From an uncultured Verrucomicrobiae bacterium (GTDB taxonomy: Bacteria; Verrucomicrobiota; Verrucomicrobiia; Limisphaerales; UBA11358): a stretch of 64,000 nucleotides of DNA. Positions 41,798 through 51,943 of this stretch are shown here, one piece after another. The stretch lies in NCBI GenBank assembly GCA_963764175.1, contig CAVXRE010000014.1, positions 56,833 through 120,832 on the forward strand. The letters run 5' to 3'. Each line of letters begins with the position of its first letter. Within the stretch, counting starts at the first letter, position 1. The notes beneath the pieces were generated by a model. It made no database searches. It was not told the origin of the DNA and was given only the letters and a program-made list of their open reading frames with translations. Position numbers and translations under genes: made by a program.

Positions 41798-42565
41798 CTA
41801 CTTGCTGATGCCGCGTTCGCTGGTGCGGATGAATTGGACGAGGTGCTTGGTTTCCGGCAACGGTGGAAGGTCCTTTTCGATTTTCGCCAGCGCGTTGGAA
41901 ATGGTAAGGCCTTCGCGGAACAAAATTTTGTAGGCCGATTTCAGCGCGTTTTGCGCGTCCTCGGAAATCCCATTGCGTTCCATGCCGACCTTGTTGATGG
42001 TGCGCGTTTCCGCCGGGTTGCCGTCGGCGATCATGAACGGCGGAACGTCCTGCACCACCTTCGAGCAGCCGCCAATCATCGCCAGTCTGCCGATGCGGCA
42101 AAACTGGTGAACCGCCGCCAGCCCGCCAATCACCGCATGGTCCTCCACGGTCACGTGACCGGCGAGCGTCGCGACGTTGGACATGATGATGTGGCTGCCC
42201 AGCGAGCAATTGTGCGCGACGTGGCAGTAGGCCAGGATGTGATTGCGCGAGCCGACGCGCGTGACCTCGCCGTCGCCGGTTGCGCTGTGAATGGTGACGT
42301 ATTCGCGAAAGGTGTTGCCGTCGCCGATTTCGGTGCGCGTGACGCCGCCCTTCCATTTCAAGTCCTGCGTCTTCAACCCGATGCTCGCGAACGGAAAAAT
42401 TTCATTTTCCTTTCCGAGTTTCGTGTAACCGTCAATGACGACGTGGGAATGGAGCTTGCTCCCGTCGCCGAGCGCCACGTGTTCGCCGATGACGCAATAA
42501 GGGCCAATCTCGCAACCGGAACCGATTTGCGCCTTGGGATGAATGATTGCAGTCGGATGAATCAT
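41798..42565 (-). CDS. lpxA: UDP-N-acetylglucosamine O-acyltransferase
   Basis: MIHPTAIIHPKAQIG and hexapeptide repeats are present, and the length fits LpxA. Confidence 0.9.
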   Translation of the reverse strand: MIHPTAIIHPKAQIGSGCEIGPYCVIGEHVALGDGSKLHSHVVIDGYTKLGKENEIFPFASIGLKTQDLKWKGGVTRTEIGDGNTFREYVTIHSATGDGEVTRVGSRNHILAYCHVAHNCSLGSHIIMSNVATLAGHVTVEDHAVIGGLAAVHQFCRIGRLAMIGGCSKVVQDVPPFMIADGNPAETRTINKVGMERNGISEDAQNALKSAYKILFREGLTISNALAKIEKDLPPLPETKHLVQFIRTSERGISK

Positions 42566-42570
42566 GAAAA

Positions 42571-42966
42571 TTACGAATTGCGAACAGCGAATGCCGAATC
42601 TCCCGTTTTTGCCGATGCGATGGAACCGCGTGCAGTCTTCTTGGACTGGATCATTATTGCGACCAACTGATGAGCCTCATCTTTCAGGCGAACAAGTTCC
42701 AGATTTTTCGGAGCAGCCAAACTTTCCAGCAACTCAAACCAGTATTCGGATTCGTCGGCTTCTTCTTCCACAATGGAAAGATTGTTTATGAAATCCGCCT
42801 TGGATTTTGACCGGCAGGCGGCGCGATAATTTGCTCCCACGGACGTTCCAGCTCTTACGAGTTGATTTGAAATGATTCGAATTTCGAATTTGCCATTCAG
42901 CATTGAACAAAAGCGAACGACATCCACGGCAAATCGTTTCGTTCGATCTTTTAAATCATTGGCCAT
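42571..42966 (-). CDS. four-helix-bundle protein (23S rRNA intervening-sequence protein family)
   Basis: VRAGTSVGANYRAA...EADESEYWFELL is the characteristic signature. Confidence 0.75.
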   Translation of the reverse strand: MANDLKDRTKRFAVDVVRFCSMLNGKFEIRIISNQLVRAGTSVGANYRAACRSKSKADFINNLSIVEEEADESEYWFELLESLAAPKNLELVRLKDEAHQLVAIMIQSKKTARGSIASAKTGDSAFAVRNS

Positions 42967-43010
42967 AATTCCCGATTCGCAATTCTCGATTCACAATTCG
43001 CAATTCAAAA

Positions 43011-44405
43011 TTACATTTCACGGAGCATGAACGTCACCGCGGCTTCACTCACAACCACGCCGGCGACCTTGCAAACGCCCTTGGCCTTGCCGATTTTGCC
43101 GCGGATCTTGGTCAATTCAATCTCGATGATCAGCGTGTCGCCGGGCACAACCGGCTTGCGCCATTTCACGTCCTCGGCGGACATGAAATAGGCCACCTGG
43201 TTCGCGGTCTCGACCTGTTGCAAAAGCAAAATGCCGGCGACCTGCGCCATGGCCTCGAGTTGCAACACGCCCGGCATGATGGGATGCCCGGGGAAATGTC
43301 CCTGAAAATACGCCTCGTTCATCGTCACGTTTTTGACGCCGGTGATTTTGCTGCCTTCGATTTTCAAAACACGGTCCACCATCAGAAATGGCGGGCGGTG
43401 AGGCAGCAGCTTCATGATTCGCTCGACGTCCATCGCTCCGCCCTCGGCAACCAGCGGCACGGGCGCGGCGATTTTTGGGGGCGGCGGGGCAAACGTCTGC
43501 GCGGCGCGCAACGGTTTTTGCATCTGCGCAACAATGTGCCGGACCATTTCGCAATTCGCCGCGTGGCTCGGCTTGACGGCAATCAAATGCCCGCGGATCG
43601 GCCGGCCGAGCAGCGACAAATCGCCGACGATATCGAGCATCTTGTGCCGCACAAATTCCTCGGGATACCGCAGCGGCTCGGTCGTCAGCACCGCGTCGTC
43701 ACGGATGACGACGGCGTTTTCCAGGCTGCCGCCCTTGATGAGGCCGTTTTTGATGAGAAATTCAATTTCCTCGTAGAAACAAAACGTCCGGGCGTGCGAC
43801 AATTCCTTCTCCCAGGTCTTGGGCGTGATTTCCGTGCTGAAAAACTGCGTGAACTGGCCGTTCTTGTCCGCGCTGGTGCAGGTGATTTTGAAGGCGTCGT
43901 CGGGAAACAGCGTCATCATCGTCTCGCCCATCTGCAATTCAATCGGCTCGGCGGGCGAATACGGTTCACGCTTTTCCGCCAGCGGTGCGATGCCGGCATC
44001 CTGGATGATTTTGCAGAACTCGCGCGAGCTGCCGTCGGCGATGGGCGGTTCGTTGGCGTCCAATTCGACAATGGCGTTGTCAATGCCGCAACCCGCCAGC
44101 GCCGCGAGGACGTGTTCGATGGTGTGAATCTTCACATTGCCCTTGGCAAGCGTCGTCGAGCGGGTCGTTTCGCCGACATTTTCCACGCGCGCCTCGATTT
44201 CCGGTTTGCCTTCGAGGTCCACGCGGCGGAAGCGCACGCCGCTGTTGGCGGGCGCGGGCAGGATTGTCATGTTCACCCGGTTGCCGCTGTGCAGGCCGAT
44301 GCCGGAAAAAGTGACGGGCCGGTTGAGTGTCTGTTGGTTAAGCACGGGCAAATTAGACAAAACACAAACCCGGTTGGCAAGGTCACACTTGCAGCCTTCT
44401 CCCAA
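43011..44405 (-). CDS. lpxC-fabZ: bifunctional UDP-3-O-acyl-GlcNAc deacetylase / 3-hydroxyacyl-ACP dehydratase
   Basis: The N-terminal LpxC (FSGIGLHSGN...HTIEHVLAAL) and the C-terminal FabZ hotdog (HFPGHPIMPGVL) lie in a single ORF. Confidence 0.9.
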   Translation of the reverse strand: MGEGCKCDLANRVCVLSNLPVLNQQTLNRPVTFSGIGLHSGNRVNMTILPAPANSGVRFRRVDLEGKPEIEARVENVGETTRSTTLAKGNVKIHTIEHVLAALAGCGIDNAIVELDANEPPIADGSSREFCKIIQDAGIAPLAEKREPYSPAEPIELQMGETMMTLFPDDAFKITCTSADKNGQFTQFFSTEITPKTWEKELSHARTFCFYEEIEFLIKNGLIKGGSLENAVVIRDDAVLTTEPLRYPEEFVRHKMLDIVGDLSLLGRPIRGHLIAVKPSHAANCEMVRHIVAQMQKPLRAAQTFAPPPPKIAAPVPLVAEGGAMDVERIMKLLPHRPPFLMVDRVLKIEGSKITGVKNVTMNEAYFQGHFPGHPIMPGVLQLEAMAQVAGILLLQQVETANQVAYFMSAEDVKWRKPVVPGDTLIIEIELTKIRGKIGKAKGVCKVAGVVVSEAAVTFMLREM

Positions 44406-44463
44406 TCCTGATTCGCAACCATAATCGCCGAAAAAAAGATCACGATTACAGCACTGGCTGCGG

Positions 44464-45681
44464 TTACATCATGTCCGCCGCCAGCACGCGCACCGTTTCT
44501 TCCAGGGATGTCTGGCCGTTGATGACGCGGTGCAACCCGTTTTGCCAGAGCGTTCTCATGCCCTGTTGAATCGCAATTTCTTCGAGGGCCGACGTTGACA
44601 TTTTCTTCAAGACCGCCTCGCGGAACGGTTCGTCCACGACGAGCAACTCGGTCACGGGCAGGCGCCCGGAAAAACCGGTGTTGGTGCAACGCGGGCAGCC
44701 CAAGCCGTGCCGGAACTGCGCCTGCGACCTCAATTCTTCTGGCAAAACCCTGAGCTGGCTCGGGTCCGGCTCGTAGGATTCGGAACAATCCGGACAATTG
44801 CAGCGCACCAGCCGCAGCCCAAGCACGCCGAGAATGGCCGATGCCAGCATGAACGGCTCGATTTCCATGTTGATGAGCCGCGTGAACGCGCCGGCCGACC
44901 TGCCGGAATGGATCGTGCTGAGGACCAGATGCCCCGTCAATCCGGCCTGCACGGCGATGGCCGCCGTTTCCGGGTCGCGAATTTCGCCCACCATGACGAT
45001 TTGCGGGTCCTGCCGCATGATGCTTCTGAGCGCGATTGCGTAGGTGAAATCCTGCGCCGGGTTGATCTGCGTCTGGCTGATCATCGGCAGATTGAATTCC
45101 ACCGGATCTTCCACCGTGCTGATGCTCACGCTCGTCCCGTCGCGCTGCATGACGTGGCAGAGCGAGGAATACATCGTGTTCGTCTTGCCGGAACCGGTCG
45201 GACCGGTGAACAGGAGCAAACCGCTGGAACGTTTCAACAGGCGCACCAGCCCTTTCGACGCCGACTCGTCGAAGTTGAGCGCATTCAAATCAAACCGCCG
45301 GTCGCGCGGGTCGAACAGGCGGATGACGATTTTCTCGCCGCGGGTCGTTGGAAAAATCGAGATGCGCAGTTGCACGCCTTCCAATTCCGGCCCGCCCGAC
45401 GCCGCACCGTCCTGCGGCATGCCGGCCTGATAAGTGACCAGGTTGGCCATGACCTTGAAGCGCATGGCAATTTTATCCAGGAACTCCAGCGGCAGATGCG
45501 CCACCTCGACCAGGACGCCGTTGACCCGCGCGCGCACCGCGATGGCCTTCTCCCACGGCTCGATGTGCAGGTCGCTTGCGTTGAGCTTGATGGCGTCACG
45601 CACCATGCAGTTGACCAGCGCGCTGATCTCAAAGTTCTGTGCCGCGCCTTCGGACTGAAGATATTGAACAGTGTAGTTCAT
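44464..45681 (-). CDS. GspE/PilB-type type II/IV secretion ATPase (short form)
   Basis: Walker A GPTGSGKT. The tetracysteine CPDC...CPRC zinc motif of GspE/PilB is present. The long N-terminal domains are absent. Confidence 0.8.
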   Translation of the reverse strand: MNYTVQYLQSEGAAQNFEISALVNCMVRDAIKLNASDLHIEPWEKAIAVRARVNGVLVEVAHLPLEFLDKIAMRFKVMANLVTYQAGMPQDGAASGGPELEGVQLRISIFPTTRGEKIVIRLFDPRDRRFDLNALNFDESASKGLVRLLKRSSGLLLFTGPTGSGKTNTMYSSLCHVMQRDGTSVSISTVEDPVEFNLPMISQTQINPAQDFTYAIALRSIMRQDPQIVMVGEIRDPETAAIAVQAGLTGHLVLSTIHSGRSAGAFTRLINMEIEPFMLASAILGVLGLRLVRCNCPDCSESYEPDPSQLRVLPEELRSQAQFRHGLGCPRCTNTGFSGRLPVTELLVVDEPFREAVLKKMSTSALEEIAIQQGMRTLWQNGLHRVINGQTSLEETVRVLAADMM

Positions 45682-45893
45682 GCTGGCGTGAGTCTTTGCC
45701 GGAGAATAAAAACGCCCCCGCCGAATTGCAAGGAATGGATTCAATTGATTCCGCCCAAATCGTAATCATAACCTTGTTCTTGATCGTAATCACTGAAGGC
45801 AGAAGATTAAGATTGAGATGACGATTAAGATCAAGACGCCATCCCAACCCACTTGCCGCTTGCCTGAACAATCCGTCTGCTTAGAATCAAACT

Positions 45894-46421
45894 GTGACTC
45901 AAAAGCAATTTTATGACTGGCAGACGGCAGGCGGCGGCGGCGATGTTTCACTGCTCATCGCGACACTGGAACGCCGCGAAATCCCGTGGTGCATGATCGG
46001 CGGGCTGGCGGTCAACCATTGGGCGAAAGAACCGATGGCGACGGCGGACGTGGACGTGGTTATTGCCGCCGGGCGCGTCGAGGAAGCGGTCAAGGCGTTG
46101 CAAGCGGCGGGTTTCAAGGCCAAAAAATTCAAATGGTCGGTCAATCTCAAAGGCCGGTCGAAAGTGCTTGTGCAAATCAGCACGGAAGATTTTTACCGTG
46201 AATTTCCAGAACGCTCGAAGCCTGCGGATATTCACGGCATGCTCATGCGGGTGGCGAGTTTGCCGGACACGCTGCGCGGGAAAATTCTGGCCTGGCAGGA
46301 CCTGGAGCGCCGCGCCAGCAAACGCCAGAAGGATTTGCTGGACATCATGCGCCTCGTTGAAGCTCATCCCAAACTCCGCAAGCTGCTGCCTGCTGACCTG
46401 GCAAAGAAAATCAAAGGGTAA
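45894..46421 (+). CDS. nucleotidyltransferase-fold protein (minimal NTase-like)
   Basis: A GG...DVDVV motif (MIGGLAVNHWA...ADVDVVI) is present. Confidence 0.4.
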   Translation: MTQKQFYDWQTAGGGGDVSLLIATLERREIPWCMIGGLAVNHWAKEPMATADVDVVIAAGRVEEAVKALQAAGFKAKKFKWSVNLKGRSKVLVQISTEDFYREFPERSKPADIHGMLMRVASLPDTLRGKILAWQDLERRASKRQKDLLDIMRLVEAHPKLRKLLPADLAKKIKG

Positions 46422-46562
46422 AATTTGCGCCGTTGCCTTGCGTTCAACTTTCTCTGGACAACCGACTTTGCCAGATTAAGAATCAATCTCATGAAAATGG
46501 ATAGGCCGCCCGACGCAGCGTTCATTACTATTTAGGCCACTCGAACGTACCCATGAAAATAT

Positions 46563-47060
46563 ATGGATGACGGTCCCGATGTTGGCACAGTCGTATTGAT
46601 TTTGACCGGTCTGGTCGGCGTGCTGATTTTCGCGTTCATTGGTCGTCTGATTGGGCAGAAGCGTGGCCAGTCCGAAGGAGGTGCGGCGATGGGCGCTCTG
46701 CTGGGACCTGTCGGTCTCGTAGGCGCAGCTTTTTTGCCAGACAAGCGCCGTCAGTGCCCCGCATGTAAGGGTCGCGTGCCGGACGATGCGCGAAAGTGTA
46801 TGCACTGCGGCGAGGATTTGCCTGTTCAGTCCGCGCCTGCACCACCAGCACCGGCAGCGGTTGTTCCCCCCTCATTTGATTACGACCCGTTTTCCGTTCG
46901 AACTATTCCAACGCCAGCTCCGCGACCGCCAGAACCCGAAATGACCGCGGCGGATTTGAGCATTGCTTGCCCTTTATGTGGTGAGCGTCTCGCGGTGTCA
47001 TCTGTGAAACGGGGTGAGAATTATTGCCCTCATTGTTCTGAGAAATTTATAGCCGAGTGA
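46563..47060 (+). CDS. membrane-anchored double zinc-ribbon protein
   Basis: N-terminal TM. There are two CxxC...CxxC ribbons (CPACKG...CMHCGE; CPLCGE...CPHCSE). Confidence 0.45.
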   Translation: MDDGPDVGTVVLILTGLVGVLIFAFIGRLIGQKRGQSEGGAAMGALLGPVGLVGAAFLPDKRRQCPACKGRVPDDARKCMHCGEDLPVQSAPAPPAPAAVVPPSFDYDPFSVRTIPTPAPRPPEPEMTAADLSIACPLCGERLAVSSVKRGENYCPHCSEKFIAE

Positions 47061-47168
47061 CGAGTGATCTAATCCGAGGCCAGACTGCCTTCTCCGCGCC
47101 TCTGCGTTTAATTCTTCCTTCTCCGAATTGCCGCTTGCCGGACGGTTTTCCTGAATTAACCTGTCAGC

Positions 47169-47990
47169 ATGGCTTGGTTCACTGACCGGCATTGCTTTCT
47201 GCTCGCCGTGATGATTTACGGGTTGAGCACGGTGTATTCGGTTTTCCTGTGGCGGATGGGATTTCGCAAGGATGACCACGTGAATTATTTCCTGCTGCTG
47301 GCCGCGTTCGCGCTGCATACCACCGCCATGTTCAAGCGCGGCTTTTCCCTCAACCAATGCCCCGTCAACAACCTTTACGAAGCCACCACGTTCATCGCGT
47401 GGGCCATCGTCGCCGCCTACCTCATCGTCGGGCTGCTGCCGCGACTGCGATTTCTCGGCGCGTTTGCATCGCCGGTCTTGTTTGGCATCGGCGTGTTCGC
47501 GCTCATGCCCGCGCTCGACCCGCCACGCGGGCCGAAACCGGAATTTTCCGGCGCGTTGACCAGTCTGCACGCGGCGACCATTTTGCTGGCGTACGGCGCG
47601 TTCGGCCTGGGCGCAGTGGCGGCGGGAATGTTTTTGACGCAGCAGCATGACTTGAAATTCCACAAACTCCGCGCGGTGCTGTCGCTTCTGCCGCCGATTC
47701 AACGGCTGGAAACCATCGCCGGCAGGCTGGTGCTCGCCGGGCTGGTGCTCTTCACCATCGGCCTCGCCGCCGGCAGACATTTGACTCGGCCCGAAGGCGT
47801 CAGCTATTGGCAGGACCCGAAAGTGGTCTGGTCCATTTTCATGTGGCTGGTTTATCTGGCGTTGCTGATTCTGCGCCGGCTGCGCGTGCCGTCAAACCGG
47901 GGCTTCGCCATCAGCGTCATCAGCGCGTTCGTATTCCTGCTCCTGACTTTTTGGGGCACCAACCTGCTTTCACCCCTGCATCATCAATGA
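47169..47990 (+). CDS. CcsA-like cytochrome c assembly family membrane protein (HemX-like, precedes hemA)
   Basis: A polytopic membrane protein with a CcsA-like W-rich C-terminal region. It sits immediately upstream of hemA, as in Bacillus hemAXCDBL. Confidence 0.6.
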   Translation: MAWFTDRHCFLLAVMIYGLSTVYSVFLWRMGFRKDDHVNYFLLLAAFALHTTAMFKRGFSLNQCPVNNLYEATTFIAWAIVAAYLIVGLLPRLRFLGAFASPVLFGIGVFALMPALDPPRGPKPEFSGALTSLHAATILLAYGAFGLGAVAAGMFLTQQHDLKFHKLRAVLSLLPPIQRLETIAGRLVLAGLVLFTIGLAAGRHLTRPEGVSYWQDPKVVWSIFMWLVYLALLILRRLRVPSNRGFAISVISAFVFLLLTFWGTNLLSPLHHQ

Positions 47991-49060
47991 ACGTTGTCGT
48001 CGTCGGCCTGAGCCATCATTCGTCGCCCGTGGAGCTGCGGGAACGGTTTGCCTTTGCCGAGGCAAAAATTCCCGGCGCGCTTAAATCGCTGCGCGAAACC
48101 GGCATCGCCGACGAAGCGGTGATTCTCTCGACGTGCAATCGCGTGGAAATTTATGCTGCGACGGCGCTCGAACCGGCCCGGGCTTTTGCCGGGATAAAAA
48201 AGTTTCTCGTTACGGCCCATGCTGATGACGCGGCGCTGGGTGATGAACTTTACGCCTTCACCGAACCGCAAAGCCTGCATCACCTGTTCAAGGTTGCGTG
48301 CGGGCTCGATTCGATGGTTCTCGGCGAAACCGAAATCCTCGGCCAGCTCAAGCAGGCTTACTCGCTCGCGCATCACCATGGCCATACCGGTGCGCGTTTG
48401 AACAAGGCATTTCAACGCGCGTTCAACGCCGCCAAGCACGTCCGCACCGAGACGAACATCCAGCGCGGCAGCGTGTCCGTGGCATCGGTCGCGGTGGAAC
48501 TCGCAGAGAAAATTTTCAGCTCGCTCAATGACCGCGAAGTCATGGTCATTGGCGCCGGCGAAACGAGCGAAAAAACCGCACGCGCCCTGCTCTCCCGCGG
48601 CGCGCGCAGCATCATCGTCGCCAACCGTTCGCACGAGCGCGCGGTGGTGCTGGCGAACGAACTGGGCGGACACGCCGTGCAATTTGGCGATTGGTCTGCG
48701 GAATTTGGCAAGATCGACATTGCCATCAGCAGCACGTCCGCGCCGCATCACATCCTCGACCGCGCCATGCTTGAGCCGTTGATGAAGCTGCGCCATCACC
48801 GGCCGTTGCTGCTCATTGACATTGCCGTGCCGCGCGATATTGACCCCGAGGTGAATTTTCTGGAAAACGTTTATCTTTACAACATCGACGATCTTCAAGC
48901 CATCGCCGACGACTATCTCCGGTTGCGCAAGGAGGAAATTGCGCGATGCGAGGCCATCATTGCCGAAAAGGTAAAGCCGTTGCTTGAACCGAAAAACCTG
49001 CAGCCGCAGATGAACACAGATGGACACAGATCAATGGAGATGTCACCCGCAAAATCCTGA
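47987..49060 (+). CDS. hemA: glutamyl-tRNA reductase
   Basis: MNVVVVGLSHHSSPVELRERFAF...LSTCNRVEIY is canonical. The NAD-binding motif VIGAGETSE is present. The start is placed at ATG ~47987. Confidence 0.9.
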   Translation: MNVVVVGLSHHSSPVELRERFAFAEAKIPGALKSLRETGIADEAVILSTCNRVEIYAATALEPARAFAGIKKFLVTAHADDAALGDELYAFTEPQSLHHLFKVACGLDSMVLGETEILGQLKQAYSLAHHHGHTGARLNKAFQRAFNAAKHVRTETNIQRGSVSVASVAVELAEKIFSSLNDREVMVIGAGETSEKTARALLSRGARSIIVANRSHERAVVLANELGGHAVQFGDWSAEFGKIDIAISSTSAPHHILDRAMLEPLMKLRHHRPLLLIDIAVPRDIDPEVNFLENVYLYNIDDLQAIADDYLRLRKEEIARCEAIIAEKVKPLLEPKNLQPQMNTDGHRSMEMSPAKS

Positions 49061-49114
49061 GAAATTTGTTGTTCTTTTAATCTGTGTTTATCTGTGTACA
49101 TCTGTGGCTAAAAA

Positions 49115-50164
49115 ATGGCTGCTGAACGCCCCATAATCATCGCCACGCGCGGCAGCGCGCTGGCGCTCGCGCAGGCCAACCTGATTGCCGCGCAATGCCG
49201 GGAAACATTTCCGCGGCTGCGCTTCGAACTGAAAATCATCAAGACCACCGGTGACAAATTGCAGACCGCTTCGATGGCGAAAAAGGGCGAAAGCCTGCCG
49301 AAAGGTCTGTTCACCAAGGAACTTGAAGTCGCTCTCGTCAAAGGCCACGCCGATCTGGCTGTCCACAGCCTGAAAGATTTGCCAACGGATTTGCCCGCCG
49401 GACTGAAACTCGCCGCCACGCCCAAGCGCGCCGACGTGCGCGACGTTTTGATCTATCGCGATGCCGGATTTATCAGGGCCCGAGCCGCCGAATTTTCTTC
49501 TCAACCCTCAACCCTCAACCCTCAACCGGTTGATTGGGCGCCGGGACAGGACGCGTTGCGCGGTTTCCAGCCGCACCTGAAGCTGAAGGATTTTCCGAAG
49601 GCCGCAACCATCGCCACGAGCAGCACGCGACGCAAAGCGCAATTGCTCGCGGCTCGTCCGGATTTGAACGTCGTGGAAATTCGCGGCAACGTCACCACGC
49701 GGATGCAAAAGGTCGCCGAACGCGGCGAACTGGACGCGACCGTGCTCGCGCTCGCCGGATTGACGCGGCTCAATTTCCGCGTCACGCCCGAAGGCAAACT
49801 CGAAGGCGATGCGGTGCCGGATGGTCTCCTGGCGACGATTCTGGACGTGGACGTGATGCTGCCGTGCGTTGGCCAGGGCGCGATTGGCATTGAGATTCGG
49901 GCGGACGACGAACGCATCGCAAAAATTTGCGAGCGGCTGAATCATTTCAACACGTTTCAATGCGTAACCGCCGAGCGCGCGTTTCTGCGCGCGATGGGCG
50001 GCGGCTGCCAGAGTCCGGTGGCCGCCTATGCCGAAATCAACGGCAGCCGGGTGGAAATGCGCGCGGTGTCGTTTTGCGACAGACCGGCCAAACGCAGCGA
50101 AGGGAAACGTCCGGTGGCCGAGGCAGCGGTGCTGGGAGAACAACTTGCGGCGGAGTTGAAATAA
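49115..50164 (+). CDS. hemC: hydroxymethylbilane synthase (porphobilinogen deaminase)
   Basis: IATRGSALALAQA...KTTGDK canonical N-terminus. It carries an internal insertion that contains a heptanucleotide repeat. Confidence 0.9.
   Translation: MAAERPIIIATRGSALALAQANLIAAQCRETFPRLRFELKIIKTTGDKLQTASMAKKGESLPKGLFTKELEVALVKGHADLAVHSLKDLPTDLPAGLKLAATPKRADVRDVLIYRDAGFIRARAAEFSSQPSTLNPQPVDWAPGQDALRGFQPHLKLKDFPKAATIATSSTRRKAQLLAARPDLNVVEIRGNVTTRMQKVAERGELDATVLALAGLTRLNFRVTPEGKLEGDAVPDGLLATILDVDVMLPCVGQGAIGIEIRADDERIAKICERLNHFNTFQCVTAERAFLRAMGGGCQSPVAAYAEINGSRVEMRAVSFCDRPAKRSEGKRPVAEAAVLGEQLAAELK
49499..49526 (+). repeat. tandem heptanucleotide repeat (TCAACCC)x3.9 inside hemC
   Basis: Read directly: tcaaccctcaaccctcaaccctcaacc. 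It encodes SQPSTLNPQP. Confidence 0.85.
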
Positions 50165-50205
50165 AAACTTCTCAAACCTTTTGATCCTCCCTGTTCTTCA
50201 ACCGG

Positions 50206-50604
50206 CTATTTTTCCAGAGCGGCGAGGATGGAATCCAGTTGTTTGCGTTCGATGTCGGTGGCGGTTCCGGCGACGATGTGTCCGGCGATGCTGCGCAGGA
50301 TGTGGGCCTTGTCAGCGGGCAGATCCTTCAGCACATCGTTGAGCAGGGTTTTGACGATGGTGACGAAGGTGTTGCCGTTGTAATTGCAAAAGGGAGCCAG
50401 ACGGTGACATTGAAAGCCGATTTGTAAAACTTCCGCCAGCGACAATTTCCGGGCGCGACTCCGCTCCCACAATTCCTTTGCCGGAGCGTAACCGTCGGAC
50501 GCGGGCTTATGCAGGGCTTTCCGGGCTTCGCAAAGTGCGGCATTGATGGAAACGACCGTTTCCCAAGGAACTATTTGAAGCCAGTTTTTGACTGGTCCAA
50601 CCAT
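50206..50604 (-). CDS. hypothetical protein
   Basis: ORF only. It is adjacent to a 67-aa ORF (50610..50813) on the same strand but in another frame. Confidence 0.3.
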   Translation of the reverse strand: MVGPVKNWLQIVPWETVVSINAALCEARKALHKPASDGYAPAKELWERSRARKLSLAEVLQIGFQCHRLAPFCNYNGNTFVTIVKTLLNDVLKDLPADKAHILRSIAGHIVAGTATDIERKQLDSILAALEK

Positions 50605-50609
50605 CGCGG

Positions 50610-50813
50610 CTATGCGGACTTTGACTTTTTAAGGCTGGCTTTGATTCGCTGTAAAGTACCCACTCCCTCGCTTTTCAGATAGCCCTTGCCTGTTCGCGCC
50701 AAAACCGGTTCGGCGAGAAAACGATGCTGCATACGAAGCCCCTGCTTGATGGCTTCCTTCAGGAATTTGTTCTCTGCCACGGTCATATATGGAAGGTAAT
50801 CAATGAACCCCAC
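50610..50813 (-). CDS. hypothetical small protein (possibly N-terminal part of a disrupted gene with 50206..50604)
   Basis: ORF only. Confidence 0.2.
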   Translation of the reverse strand: MGFIDYLPYMTVAENKFLKEAIKQGLRMQHRFLAEPVLARTGKGYLKSEGVGTLQRIKASLKKSKSA

Positions 50814-50902
50814 AATCGCAAATCCATTCTGGTTGAAACAAAAACGGCGCGAACTTTCGTCCGCGCCGTTCCCCAGTTCCTCCCGGCTGGTCGTCCCAAA
50901 AA

Positions 50903-51943
50903 TTACTTTTTGGAAGTTTTCTTGATCGGCACTGTCGCAATTGTCTGGAGGATGCGACCGGCGATCTTGTAGGGATCGCCCTGTGAGTTCGGACGGCGAT
51001 CTTCCAGATAGCCGCGGTAGCCGTCGGGGATGAAGCTCTGCGGCAGGCGGACGGAAGCGCCGCGGTTACCAACCCCGTAATTGAATTTGTCAATGGACTG
51101 CGTCTCGTGGAGGCCGGTCAGGCGCAGATGATTGTCAGGGCCGTAGACGGCGATGTGCTCGTTCTTGTATTTGTCGAACGCGGCCATGAGGGCCTCGAAG
51201 TATTCCTTGCCGCCTACTTCGCGCATGTGCGTCGTCGAGAAGTTGGTGTGCATGCCGGAGCCGTTCCAGTCCACGTCCTTGCCGAGGGGTTTGCAATGCC
51301 AGTTCACATCCACGCCGTATTTTTCACAGAGGCGCATGAGCAGATAGCGCGCGACCCACATCTGGTCGGCGGCATTCCTGGAGCCTTTGCCGAAGATCTG
51401 GAATTCCCACTGGCCCTTGGCGACCTCGGAATTGATGCCTTCATGGTTGATGCCGGCGTCGAGGCAGAGCTGGAGATGCGTGTCCACAATTTCGCGGGCG
51501 ATGCAGCCGACGTTCTTGTAGCCGACGGCGGTGTAGTATTCGCCCTGCGGCGGGGGAAAGCCGCCACCGGGCGGGAAGCCGAGCGGCGCGCCGTCCTTGT
51601 AGAGAAAATATTCCTGCTCGAAACCGAACCATGCGCCCGGATCATCAGGAATCGTGGCGCGGGCATTGGTCGGGTGAGGGGTCTTCTTGTCGGGCATGTA
51701 AACTTCGGACATGACGATGACGCCGTTCTGCTTGGTGGTGTCGGGATAGACGGCCACGGGTTTGAGCATGCAATCCGAGGTGCGGCCCTCGGCCTGGCGG
51801 GTCGAGCTGCCGTCGAAGTTCCACCAGGGAAGTTCTTCGAGTTTTGGAAACTTCGCAAATTCCTTGATGGTGGTTTTGCCGCGGAGGTTTGCGACGGGTT
51901 CATAACCGTCGAGCCAGAGGTATTCCAATTTATATTTTGCCAT
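50903..51943 (-). CDS. glnII: glutamine synthetase type II
   Basis: Size ~346 aa with an N-terminus YLWLDGYEP...[11 protein letters not shown] typical of eukaryote-like GSII. Confidence 0.85.
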   Translation of the reverse strand: MAKYKLEYLWLDGYEPVANLRGKTTIKEFAKFPKLEELPWWNFDGSSTRQAEGRTSDCMLKPVAVYPDTTKQNGVIVMSEVYMPDKKTPHPTNARATIPDDPGAWFGFEQEYFLYKDGAPLGFPPGGGFPPPQGEYYTAVGYKNVGCIAREIVDTHLQLCLDAGINHEGINSEVAKGQWEFQIFGKGSRNAADQMWVARYLLMRLCEKYGVDVNWHCKPLGKDVDWNGSGMHTNFSTTHMREVGGKEYFEALMAAFDKYKNEHIAVYGPDNHLRLTGLHETQSIDKFNYGVGNRGASVRLPQSFIPDGYRGYLEDRRPNSQGDPYKIAGRILQTIATVPIKKTSKK

